From Octopus sinensis (Eukaryota): DNA of 64,000 nucleotides. The first letter of the stretch is position 1. Each line of letters opens with the position of its first letter. A program made the position numbers and the translations under genes. The stretch spans positions 29,884,001 through 29,948,000 of the forward strand of contig NC_043003.1 in assembly GCF_006345805.1 (NCBI RefSeq), given 5' to 3'. Shown here in pieces: positions 40,794 to 52,776 of the stretch. Under the pieces are notes generated by a model, which did not search any database, was not told where the DNA came from, and saw only the letters and a program-made list of their open reading frames with translations.

Positions 40794-43700
40794 ATAAAGC
40801 AATTAAGGATATGAAACCGGGTAAAGCCCCCGGCCCATCAGGAATCACTGCTGAGATGCTTAAAACAGCTGGTTATGCGGGCTATGGCCTAGTCACCCGT
40901 ATTGTTAACCAGGTAGTTCATAATGGAGTCATACCCAATGACTGGCGTAGCAGCACCATAGTCAACTGCTACAAGGGTAAGGGTGATGCTCTAGATAGAA
41001 ATAACTACAGGGGTATTAAACTGTTGGATCAGGTGATGAAGACCACAGAGAGGGTCATAACCCATCTCATTAGGGAGAGAATTTGCTTAGATGAGATGCA
41101 GTTCGGTTTTGTGCCAGGTAGAAGCACCACTGATGCTATATTCCTGGTCCGACAACTGCAGGAGAAGTACCTAGCTAAAGATAAACCCCTCTACATAGCT
41201 TTTGTGGACTTGGAGAAAGCCTTTGACAGGGTTCCAGATCCCTTAACTAGTGGTCGATGCGGAAACTGTTGATTGACGAATGGCTAATAAGGGCTGTACA
41301 GGCTCTATACAGAGAGGCTGTCAGCAAGGTTAGGATTGGCAACGAATATAGTGAAGAATTCCGGGTAGAAGTAGGTGTACACCAGGGCTCAGCCCTCAGT
41401 CCCCTTTTATTCATCATAGTCCTCCAGGCAATAACAGAGGAATTCAAAACAGGTTGCCCCTGGGAGCTCCTCTATGCTGATGACCTGGCCCTCATAGCAG
41501 AATCACTACCGGAACTAAAAAAGAAATTTTGGGTGTGGAAACAAGGGTTAGAATCTAAGGGCCTTAGAGTTAATGTAGCGAAGACCAAAGTTATAGTATG
41601 CAGAAAGGCGAACTCAGCACACACCCCATCGGGCAGGTGGCCCTGCTCGAGCTGTAGGAAAGGTGTAGGTAGAAACTCCATAAGATGCACCCAGTGTAAG
41701 CTATGGACGCATAAGAGGTGCAGCAACATCAAAGGGAAATTAACTGATAAGATAGCTTTCACGTGTGGCAGATGCACAGGGACAACAGACACCACAGACA
41801 CTCAAAAAACAGATTCCATCACACTCCAGGGGGAGAAACTAGAAGTAGTTGATAGTTTCCGCTACCTGGGTGACCAAGTTAGTAGTGGGGGTGGATGCTC
41901 AGAGAGTGTCACCACTAGAATACGAATAGCCTGGGCAAAGTTTAGAAAGCTCCTACACCTACTGGCGACAAAGGGTCTCTCACTCAGAGTGAAAGGTAGA
42001 TTGTATGATGCATGTGTGCGAACTGCCATGCTTCACGGCAGTGAAACATGGGCCGTGACTGCAGAGGACATGCGTAGACTTGAAAGAAATGAAGCTAGCA
42101 TGATCCGCTGGATGTGTATTGTCAGTGTGAATGCACGACAGAGTGTAAGCACCCTGAGAGAAATGCTAGGCATAAGAAGCATCAGATGCAGTGTGCAAGA
42201 GCGACGCTTGCGATGGTACGGTCATGTACTGCGGATGGATGAGGAGAGATGTGTGAAGAAGTGCCACTCCCGAACAGTTGAAGGAATCAGGGGGAGAGGT
42301 AGACCCAGGAAGACATGGGATGAGGTAGTCAAGCATGACCTCAGAGCGTTGGGCCTCACTGAGGCAATGGCGAAGGACCGAGATCTCTGGAGATGTGCTG
42401 TGACTACTAAGACCCGGGATGCTCCCGGCACCAGTTCCGCATACCCCCTGCCCATCCAAAGTACCTTGGATCCCAGAACATCTCGCTGTGCTTGAGGAGA
42501 CCTGTCGAGTCAAGTGCATATACATGAACATCGAACCAAATATCAATGGAAACAGTAGCTGTGATACCTGTGCCGGGGACACATAAAAAGCACCATCCGA
42601 ACATGGCCGTTGCCAGTGCAGCCTCGACTGGCTTCTGTGCCGGTGGCACACAAGAAGCACCATCCGAACGTGGCCGATGCCAACCCCGCCTCGAATGGCT
42701 TCTGTGCCGGTGGCACATAAAAAGCACCATCCGAACGTAGCCGATGCCAGCACTGCCCCGATTGGCTTCTGTGCCAGTGGCACATAAAAAGCACCATCCG
42801 AACGTGACCGATGCCAGCACCGCCTCGACTGGCTTGTGCCGGTGGCACATAAAAAGCACCAACCGATCGTAGGATCCCGGAACATCTCGCTGTGCTTGAG
42901 GAGACCTGTTGAGTCAAGTGCATGTACATGAACATCGAATCAAATATCAATGGAAACAGTAGTTGTGATACCTGTGCCGGTGACACATAAAAAGCACCAT
43001 CCGAACGTGGCCGTTGCCAGTGCAGCCTCCACTGGCTTCTGTGCCGGTGGCACATAAAAAGCACCATCCGAACGTGACCGATGCCAACCCTGCCTCGAAT
43101 GGCTTCTGTGCCGGTGGCACATGAACATCGAACCAAATATCAATGGAAACAGTAGTTGTGATACCTGTGCTGGTGACACATAAAAAGCACCATCCGAACG
43201 TGGCCGTTGCCAAAAAAGCACCATCCGAACGTGGCCGTTGCCAGTGCAGCCCCCACTGGCTTCTGTGCCAGTGGCACATAAAAAGCACCATCCGAACGTG
43301 GCCAATGCCAGCACCGCCCCGACTGGCTTCTGTGCCGGTGGCACATAAAAAGCACCATCCAAGCATGGCCGACGCCAGCACCGCCTCGACTGGCTTCTGT
43401 GCCAGTGGCACATAAAAAGCACCAACCGATCGTGGGATCCCGGAACATCTCGCTGTGCTTGAGGAGACCTGTTGAGTCAAGTGCATGTACATGAACATCG
43501 AACCAAATATCAATGGAAACAGTAGTTGTGATACCTGCCGGTGACACATAAAAAGCACCATCCGAACGTGGCCGTTGCCAGTGCAGCCTCCACTGGCCTG
43601 TGCCGGTGGCACATAAAAAGCACCATCCGAACGTGACTGATGCCAACCCTGCCTCGAATGGCTTCTGTGCCGGTGGCTCATAAAAAGCACCATCCGAACG

Positions 43701-43987
43701 TGGCCGATGCCAGCACCACCTTGACTGGCTTCTGTGCCGGTAGCACATAAAAAAAAGCACCAACCGATCGTGGCCGATGCCAAACCCCTCTGGCACCTGT
43801 GCAGGTGACACGTATAAAGCACCCACTACACTCGCGGAGTGGTTGGTGTTAGGAAGGGCATCCAGCTGTAGAAACACTGCCCGATCAGACTGGAGCCTGG
43901 GGCAGCCCCTGGCTCCCCAGACCCCGGTCGAACCGTCCAACCCGTGCTAGCGCGGAAAACGGACGTTAAACGATGATGATGATGATG
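40794..43987 (+). mobile_element. young 5'-truncated RTE LINE: RT domain with inserted PHD finger, one frameshift, expanded 3' UTR, (GAT)n tail
   Basis: KAPGPSGI, NYRGIKLL, VDLEKAFDRV, GVHQGSALSP, LLYADD, FRYLG; frameshift near 41240; possible TSD atatacag (40786-40793 / 43988-43995). Confidence 0.95.
42568..43825 (+). repeat. ~67-bp tandem hairpin array (about 17 units) with higher-order duplication in the RTE 3' UTR
   Basis: Unit tgtgccggtggcacataaaaagcaccatccgaacgtggccgatgcca-var-tggcttc at 42570, 42637, 42704, 42771 and onward; UTR head restarts at 42873, 43121 and 43436. Confidence 0.92.
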
Positions 43988-43992
43988 ATATA

Positions 43993-44345
43993 CAGGGGTT
44001 GGACAAAATAATGGAAAGACCTTAAAATTTCAAACAATCTTATTTTAGTATGGGGTAGGACTGCCTTTGGCATTAGTTACAGCTTGAATTCTATGAGGTA
44101 TGGACTCATACAAAGTTTGAACTGTTTCCAAAGGAATTTTTGTCCATTCTTCAGCTAAAACAGTCTCCAGATCATCACAGAACTTCCTCCATGTTTAACA
44201 GTTGAAAGAAGGCAGTCTGGGTCAAATGCTTCTTTTGGCTGTCTTCACACATATACTCGGCTGGTGGTCGGAAATAGGGTTAAGGATGACTCGTCCGAGA
44301 AAATAACATTCTTCCATTGCATAGGTTTTTTACTCCACTTTAAAT
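43993..44345 (-). mobile_element. Tc1-like transposon fragment
   Basis: TA|CAGGGGTTGGACAAAATAATGGAA terminus; minus strand NVIFSDESS..TVKHGGSSVM and IPHRIQAV..AKGSPTPY-stop. Confidence 0.85.
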
Positions 44346-44351
44346 TCTTTG

Positions 44352-47140
44352 ATCCAAAAAATGTTGCTGTACATATTAATTATATGCTATTGAATAAACT
44401 TCCAGGAGAAATATTCACTTATAACTCAATTAACAGTGTTGTTGATTAGAATAGTGTTAATTACCCCATCGAATTTTTGAACTCACTACAACCTCTAGGT
44501 ACAGCTCCTTACTGTCTTTAGCTGAAAAAAGGGACTCCTACTATGCTATTACATAATTTGTCTCAACCAAAATTATACAATGGTACAAGATTAATTGTGC
44601 ACAAACTCATGAGGAACTGCAGTGAGGCAAATATTTTCACTGGTTGTGGTAAAGGTGGGGCCATCTTCATTCCTCACATACCAGTTATGCTACCTAATGT
44701 CCCATTCCAATTTAAGTGGTAATTTCCTATCCGAGTTTCTTTTGCCATGAGCATTAATAAAAGTCATGATGAAACACTAAAAGTTGCTGGATTGCAACTC
44801 GAACAACCATGCTTTTCACATGGCCAACTGTATGTATGAGGATCACGTGTGGGAGTGAAGCCAAATCATTTTGCTTATGCACCCCAAAATAAAATAAAAA
44901 ACATTGTTCATAAAGAAATATTTACTCTTAATACAACATGAATACTTCAATGTTTAATTTGCCACTACTATCATTACTTTTAAGAATGAGTAAATTACCT
45001 ATTTAAATGAAGTGTATTATATAATTGCCACTGCTATACTGATAAATAAAATAATACATTCAACTTGCTTATTATCATATAATAAACAAACAGAAGTTCA
45101 TATATGAAACTAATCTTTTTCTACTTCAATTATCATATGAAATCAAGGCTTTCAAGAGATCAATCAACTGAACTATTTGCAGAGCAGCTTTTGAAACTCG
45201 GAGTAGAGTTAGTCACAATTGATGAAGAACAGTTTCATACACTCAATCCAATATGTAATTCAACTGATTCTATCGATGGATGTATCTTGGTGGATGAAAT
45301 CTTTCCTAATCTTCTTCATAATTACAACAATACAGATTGGATCTGTGAGCGACCTATCCTAGCTCCAAAAAATGTTGCTGTACATAGCATTAATATGCTG
45401 TTGAATAAACTTCCAAGAGAAATATTCATTTATAACTCAATTGACAGGGTTGTTGATGATTAGGATAGTGTTAACTACCCCATTGAATTTTTGAACTCAC
45501 TACAACCTCTAGGTACAGCTCCTTACTGTCTTTAGCTGAAAAAAGGGACTCCTACTATGCTATTACATAATTTGTCTCAACCAAAATTATACAATGGTAC
45601 AAGATTAATTGTGCACAAACTCATGAGGAACTGCAGTGAGGCAAATATTTTCACTGGTTGTGGTAAAGGTGGGGCCATCTTCATTCCTCACATACCAGTT
45701 ATGCTACCTAATGTCCCATTCCAATTTAAGTGGTAATTTCCTATCCGAGTTTCTTTTGCCATGAGCATTAATAAAAGTCATGATGAAACACTAAAAGTTG
45801 CTGGATTGCAACTCGAACAACCATGCTTTTCACATGGCCAACTGTATGTATGAGGATCACGTGTGGGAGTGAAGCCAAATCATTTTGCTTATGCACCCCA
45901 AAATAAAATAAAAAACATTGTTCATAAGAAATATTTACTCTTAATACAACATGAATACTTCAATGTTTAATTTGCCACTACTATCATTACTTTTAAGAAT
46001 GAGTAAATTACCTATTTAAATGAAGTGTATTATATAATTGCCACTGCTATACTGATAAATAAAATAATACATTCAACTTGCTTATTATCATATAATAAAC
46101 AAACAGAAGTTCATATATGAAACTAATCTTTTTCTACTTCAATTATCATATGAAATCAAGGCTTTCAAGAGATCAATCAACTGAACTATTTGCAGAGCAG
46201 CTTTTGAAACTCGGAGTAGAGTTAGTCACAATTGATGAAGAACAGTTTCATACACTCAATCCAATATGTAATTCAACTGATTCTATCGATGGATGTATCT
46301 TGGTGGATGAAATCTTTCCTAATCTTCTTCATAATTACAACAATACAGATTGGATCTGTGAGCGACCTATCCTAGCTCCAAAAAATGTTGCTGTACATAG
46401 CATTAATATGCTGTTGAATAAACTTCCAAGAGAAATATTCATTTATAACTCAATTGACAGGGTTGTTGATGATTAGGATAGTGTTAACTACCCCATTGAA
46501 TTTTTGAACTCACTACAACCTCTAGGTACAGCTCCTTACTGTCTTTAGCTGAAAAAAGGGACTCCTACTATGCTATTACATAATTTGTCTCAACCAAAAT
46601 TATACAATGGTACAAGATTAATTGTGCACAAACTCATGAGGAACTGCAGTGAGGCAAATATTTTCACTGGTTGTGGTAAAGGTGAGGCCATCTTCATTCC
46701 TCACATACCAGTTATGCTACCTAATGTCCCATTCCAATTTAAGTGGTAATTTCCTATCCGAGTTTCTTTTGCCATGAGCATTAATAAAAGTCAAGATGAA
46801 ACACTAAAAGTTGCTGGATTGCAACTCGAACAACCATGCTTTTCACATGGCCAATGGTATGCAGGAACATTATGTGTGGGAGCAAAAGCAGATCTTTTTG
46901 CTTAAACACTGCAAATAAAACAAAAAACATTGTTTCTAAAGAAATATTCACTCTTCAATAACTTAATTTACCATTACTATCACTACATTCAAGAATGAGT
47001 AACTTACCTATTTAAATGAAGTGTTTTATATAACTGCCATTACTGTATTGATAAATAAAATAACACATACAACTCATCATATAATAAACAAACAGAAGTT
47101 CACGTATGAAATGGATCTTTTTTCTACTTCATTTATTACA
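44352..47140 (+). pseudogene. tandem triplication (~1013-bp period) of a decayed Helitron Pif1-helicase C-terminal fragment
   Basis: RPILAPKN, YPIEFLNSL, LYNGTRL, FAMSINKS, CFSHGQLYV motifs with shared stops; identical ORFs at 45104 and 46117. Confidence 0.9.
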
Positions 47141-47179
47141 TATTTTTCCCTTATAAAAATACACACATATAGGAGGATT

Positions 47180-47572
47180 ATCATCATCATCATTTAACAT
47201 CTGCTTTCCATGCTAGCATGGGTTGGACGATTTGACTGAGGTCTGGCGAACCAGACTCCAATCTGATCTGGCAGAGTTTCTACAGCTGGATGCCCTTCCT
47301 AACACCAACCACTCCAAGAGTATAGTGAGTGCTTTTATGTGCCACTGGCACGAGGGCCAGTTTGGTGGTACTGGCAATGGCCACGCCCAAATGGTGCTTT
47401 TTATGTGCCACCTGCACAGGAGCCAATCCAGCGGTACTGGCGATGACCTTGCTCAAATGTTTCATGTGCCACCAGCACAAGTGCTAGTAAGGTGACGTGG
47501 TAACGATCACGCTTGAATGGTATGTTTAACGTGCCATCGGCACGAAGGCTAGCTTGTTGCTCTGGCAACCAT
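47180..47572 (-). mobile_element. RTE 3' UTR fragment
   Basis: (CAT)n plus ttaacatctgctttccatgctagcatggg and reverse hairpin units. Confidence 0.85.
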
Positions 47573-47593
47573 CTTGTTTTTTAAGAAAATTTC

Positions 47594-49105
47594 AATGGCA
47601 GACCGTCACCACACCCTCATTCCGTCTTTTTCCTTCTTTTTTTTTAAAGAATCGCACATTTTCGGCTACGGAGATTCCGAATCTGTAAAGAAATTTGCAT
47701 TTCAAAATTTATATAAAACAACGCGTTTTAATCGATGGCGAACAATAAAGTTTGAATAAAAGCCTTCTTTGAACTGGTTTATGACATTTTGGTGGTCAGG
47801 AGTTAAAAGTAAACATTAAAGGAAAGACTTCCTGGATCTTTTCGGTTTGAACGGCAGTTTTTTAAAATAATTTCCACGTAATTAAACACTTTTAAACTTC
47901 GTATACTGGTAGAATGTGTTTATAAAACATCTTTTTCTCTTGGCTTTATTGAGAAAATTCTATAGTTTGTAAGATATTTGTTGTTGTTTTTTCTTCAATT
48001 TCTGCAATTTCAACCAATCAATGACGTCTATTGAGGTAAAAAAAAAAAACATTCTGTGCCGTATGAATATGTCCCTCGTTTAAGAAACAGATTGGGTTTA
48101 TTAACATTTGTGAAGAAAAAAAGATACCCTCCCCCCTAACCCTAAAACAGATTGAAATGCAATAGATCGATACTAGGGCCATAATTATGGGTGACAATTT
48201 CATGACACCACTAGAAAAAACTGCCGTTCAAACCGAAAATTTCCTGCTTTAAAATGAGTAGACATAAAAAATTCGGGAACAAGGTTGAGAAGGTTATGAA
48301 AAATGAAGTCGGGGTGGGCTATCAAACAGTAGTTCCGTCTGCCATATAAAAAAAACCGGATTTTGGTCAGTAATCTAACAATTTGTTTCATTTTTTAATT
48401 AAATTTTGACTTGATATAAAAGCTTGACAGATAACTTTCTATTATTTATCTCTATGTTATATTATATATTTATTTTCATTCATTATTTACCTTAAATACG
48501 TGTTGGGTGCTGAAATGTTTCTAGCTTTGGATAACAGAAAATACAGGAGAATCGGTTAATTATGATTTTATTTAACATATTTCCGTCAGATTCACACACT
48601 TGTTGCAGCGGCCCTTCAGTTTTTCTAAGTCCTGTAAGTCGGAAGGTTGGCCTCCAACTAGGCCTTTCGCGACACCCTTAACGTCAAGAACTTTTCAACA
48701 CTCCGTCGTATATCGAGTTTAAAAATAAATTACGGAAATATGGACATTATTCGATATCTCCAAGCGGACATATCAGACGAAAATTAGGTATCTGTTTTCA
48801 ACATTTTACCTCGCCCAGTAAAAAAAGTTTTGAAACTTTTAATTTCCCCGACTACCCGGGACAATATGCCTTTAACTTTTAGGTGGGGGTTACACGTTTA
48901 AAGATACGGAGATTACAATTTTGTAAAAAAATATTTTCCACTTTCGTTTCCTGATCATAAAACGAAAAATACCAAGAAAACACTTTGTTAAAAGGTTTTA
49001 TTTATTTTGGAGATGGATAATGATGTTCAATATTTTCTTAATAGTTTTTTTACAAAAATAAATCCATTCAAATGAAAAAAATGTCCAAGGAAAATTGAAA
49101 ATCAA
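47594..49105. repeat. non-coding block A, direct paralogue of block B (53898-55140 continuing at 59351-59363)
   Basis: Colinear shared text (cacattttcggctacggagattccgaatctgtaaa; ataaagtttgaataaaagccttctttgaactgg; aaacgaaaaataccaagaaaacacttt). Confidence 0.88.
47834..48239. mobile_element. MITE copy 1 (GGATCTTTTCGGTTTGAACGGCAG TIR), right end slightly deleted
   Basis: TIRs seen; absent at the paralogous position in block B (aaacttcctgc at about 54596). Confidence 0.88.
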
Positions 49106-49528
49106 CTTTTTCACAAAGTACATGATGTGTAAACATAATATATTGGTCGCATGGCCTAAAACAGACAGTACCGAGTTCTCAAATTAGATGTCCCTACCGT
49201 ATGGGGAAAGAAAAAGGTTATAGGAGTAAGGGGAAAAAATTAAATGTCAAACATTAAAATTCATCATAAAAAACAAAATTCAGAATCACAATTACCAGAA
49301 TATTAAAAACCTAAGGTGGGAAAAAAAGAAAAACATACCTTTTTCTTTACCCCCCAAAATAGGGACATCTTTTCCGAACCTCACACATAATTATGCAAAT
49401 ACATTTACAATTATTAAGAACAATCCATATCAGAGGCGTAACAAGATGGGAGACACCGGTGCGAAAAGAAACAAGATTTCTCCTCCTGACTTACCATAAG
49501 TATTAAATAAGGCGACAAAGTCAAATGT

Positions 49529-50308
49529 CTACCCCTTTGCTGAATTACCAATAGAATCCTTCCATATCTCATGTTCTCTATACTTTTTGTTTATATCACG
49601 AATTCTTATATTTGACTCGTTTAAATTCTCCGGAATAGTAGTAAGCTTTAGAGCTTTGAGGAAATTCTTTCCATCGGTATGATGGTTTTCCCGACCTTTG
49701 AATAAAACCTCAAGCCTCTTGCGCCAGTCAAACCTATCTACAATTCCTTGTTTCTCATCACTTTCGGGGCAAGGATATTTATGATCGATTATGTAGAAGT
49801 AATAAGGAATTCCTAGCCAACGCGCGACATCCTGAGGTGGAAAGTTATTTTTTTCAAAAAGCTCTCCAATATGTAAAATCATTTCGTTTGTAATTTGAAA
49901 GGGGTCCTTGTACAGTTCCCATTGACAGAAAGTTTTTTCGCGAATTTTGTGGTCATGTTCATTTGGGTAAGTCTTAACCTTGTCTTCCCATGTCCTCCAG
50001 TTTTCGAGCAAATGTCCTATGCTAGTTTCTTCTTTTTCGTTCTTCACGCAAGGTTCGAGCCTTTTCTTGATTTCATCCAAGATACTTTTATCTGAACATT
50101 TACCGCGGGTATCGATGAAAGCAGCGAAGGCGAATACAGGTATTAAACGGACCTTATCAGAGCAGAGAAAGAACTCTTCCATAGTCTTGATAGCAAGAAA
50201 ATCCAAACCAAGTTGGATTGAGACTCTAAAGAGGGACTTAGGGTCAGCCAGTTTCTCAGACATCTTTTGTAAATTTTCATAAGAAAACATACAACTATTG
50301 TTTGCCAT
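49529..50308 (-). CDS. uninterrupted ORF, 259 aa, putative two-death-fold-domain protein
   Basis: 780-nt open frame in AT-rich DNA, start context aaccATGG; homologous to the 61955-63394 ORF; helical L..la..l....a..LG pattern occurs twice; fold is inferred. Confidence 0.7.
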   Translation of the reverse strand: MANNSCMFSYENLQKMSEKLADPKSLFRVSIQLGLDFLAIKTMEEFFLCSDKVRLIPVFAFAAFIDTRGKCSDKSILDEIKKRLEPCVKNEKEETSIGHLLENWRTWEDKVKTYPNEHDHKIREKTFCQWELYKDPFQITNEMILHIGELFEKNNFPPQDVARWLGIPYYFYIIDHKYPCPESDEKQGIVDRFDWRKRLEVLFKGRENHHTDGKNFLKALKLTTIPENLNESNIRIRDINKKYREHEIWKDSIGNSAKG

Positions 50309-51739
50309 GGTTGGAAAAAAAAAATTAAACAAAACTGTGTAGACACCAAGGAAATGATTGACGGTCTGTGCCAGTAAATATCACTCCAGAAAATTTATCA
50401 AATCGAATAAGTTAGATTGTTGGGCTCATCCAGTTGTAAGTGATGAATTTAAATGCTTTTAATAAAATAAAGTTATTCGTTGTAAAAGTGAAAAAGGTGG
50501 CAGTGTGTCTGAAAATATAGAAGAACGAAGACCAGTGAAGAGCATTACTTAAATAGCTGCGAAATGAATCTCGCCAATATTTTTTAGTGATAAACGTTTA
50601 GTATTTACACGACTTCCGTGAATAGAAAACAAAAAAAAAAACTTACGTCATTAAAACAACAAAAATAACTCGTTTCACAAAATATAACCTCCGGAAGCTT
50701 TCGCCTGTGTCCGATATTCTACGGTATGTTCCGGAGTATAACCGCTATTAAAAAAATAGTAGAGGCAGTAAAAAAAAAAGATTTTAAAAGTAACTTTGGA
50801 TGATGACTTGTATTAATGACATATATTTGGCTTTAAACTTAAATAAAAGTAAAATCGAAGTGACATTTCTTGACTAGCCTACATATTTCGGTTAATGTTT
50901 AAAAGCACACCATTTAGATTAACCCATATTTCTAACACATAACCTGCATAAGTGGATATGTATGTAGATGTTAACTGAGTATATATAGCCTGAATATGTC
51001 AATTGGACTTATATAGTCTTATATGCATGCATACATAGAGATTACCTATATCGCTAATGATAGAAGTCAAAAAATACTTCTGTACAACCAAATATTCACA
51101 AATCTACTACAGGCAAGATAGGTCTTACCTCAAATGGGTACTCATATATAAATATTTCCTGTGGATGTTGACTATGTATACTTAACATTAATAGTGTAGC
51201 TACATACTATAGGTATTAAGCTTGTGTTATTTATTCCTTGCTATAATACTCTAATACAGCAAATTTATGGGCATACCTGTGGCGGAGACGAATCCCCCCT
51301 CCTACTTCGTTTTTTAATTTGTTTTTTTTTTTTACGGAAACCCACATTTTCGGCTATTGAAATTCTGATTTTGAAAAAAAATGGCAACTTCAAAATTTCA
51401 ATACCCACTTCATTTTTCACTTTCTTCAGAAACCTTTTTTTTTTTTTTTGGCGAAATACGGAAATTATGATTCTGAAAACAAATTGTTTGTAAAATTTCA
51501 ATTTTACAAAAAAAAAAAAAATTTAATTACCCCCAAACCCCTCTCCTCCCGATTTACGGCCTTCAAGCAGGATACCCACATGCTAGAAATAACAGCCAAA
51601 TCTCACAGATACTCTTATCAGTCTTTGCATTTCCCTTGGATAACATTGGTGGCATGGTGACGGTAGGCTGGAACGCATGGGTGACTGCCGGTCTTCTATA
51701 AACAAATTTGCCCAGACTTGTATCTTGGAGGGGGACTTT

Positions 51740-52178
51740 GGATCTTTTCGGTTTGAACGGCAGTTTTTTAAAATAATTTCCACGTAACTAAACACTTCTA
51801 AACTTCGTATACTGGTAGAATGTGTTTATAAAACATCTTTTTCTCTTGGCTTTATTGAGAAAATTCTATAGTTTGTAAGATATTTGTTGTTTTTAGCACT
51901 ACAACCGAAACTATGCCGTTGTTTTTTTCTTCAATTTCTGAAATTTCAACCAATCAATGACGTCTATTGAGGTAAAAAAACAACATTCTGTGCCGTATGA
52001 ATATGTCCCTCGTTTAAGGAACAGATTGAGTTTATTTACATTTGTGAAGAAAAAAAAGTTACCCTTCCCCCTAACCCTAAAACAGATTGAAATGCAATAG
52101 ATCGATACTAGGGTCATAATTATGGGTGACAATTTCATGACACCGCTAGAAAAACTGCCGTTCAAACCGAAAAGATCT
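51740..52178. mobile_element. MITE copy 2, 8-bp TSD, GG-starting TIR (Merlin-like)
   Basis: gggacttt|GGATCTTTTCGGTTTGAACGGCAG ... CTGCCGTTCAAACCGAAAAGATCT|gggacttt. Confidence 0.9.
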
Positions 52179-52391
52179 GGGACTTTCTAAGTGTAATCTC
52201 ATGGTCATTCATGACCAAAGGAGATTTTTACCCTTTTCTCCTTTTTTCTAGATATCCTCTACAAAAACCTGCACTACCGCACTTCCTTCTCATAGTTTAT
52301 TCCTTTGTTCACTGGCATGAAGCTGACGCCCATTTCACAGGATTTGTAGTTCTGCGAAGTTCATGGATGTTAGATGGGTACTACTTGAGAA

Positions 52392-52686
52392 CAGTGGTCC
52401 CGGTGCGCGCACTCGCGTAGTCGCGCATCCGCGCTAGCTAGTCGTGACTAGTCGATCCTACAACGACTACCTAGCAAAGTAAATAAAACACAAAATAAAT
52501 AATTTTTTAACACAAAATAATTTTTGTTAAACAAAGTAAATAAAACACAAAAACACAAAGTAAGGATCGACTAGTCATGACTAGCTAGCGCGGATGCGTG
52601 AGTGCGCGGATGCGTGAGTGCGCGGATGCGTGAGTGCGCGGATGCGTGAGTGCGCGGATGCGTGAGTGCGCGCACCGGGACTACTG
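52392..52686. mobile_element. CpG-rich MITE-like palindromic element with a 16-bp tandem repeat in the right arm
   Basis: cagtggtcccggtgcgcgcactc / gagtgcgcgcaccgggactactg termini; 5 copies of gcgcggatgcgtgagt; no clear TSD. Confidence 0.75.
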
Positions 52687-52776
52687 TTTCTAGCACGTCT
52701 CACGATAACCCTCCTCGTTTCTTTCTCTCTCTTGCATGTATTGATGTTTTTCAATATTTTTCTTCCCATAAAAACA

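Noticed and set aside
42568-43825. CRISPR array
   Set aside because: Eukaryotic context, no cas genes, the variable parts are short recurring variants rather than unique spacers, and the array is part of a LINE 3' UTR.
42166-43940. Long overlapping minus-strand ORFs (150-290 aa)
   Set aside because: They arise from a stop-poor 67-bp tandem repeat; the same peptides cycle through all three frames.
45104-46476. Functional host Pif1 helicase genes (two identical 119-aa ORFs)
   Set aside because: Fragments with in-frame stops and no N-terminal motifs; duplicated Helitron debris.
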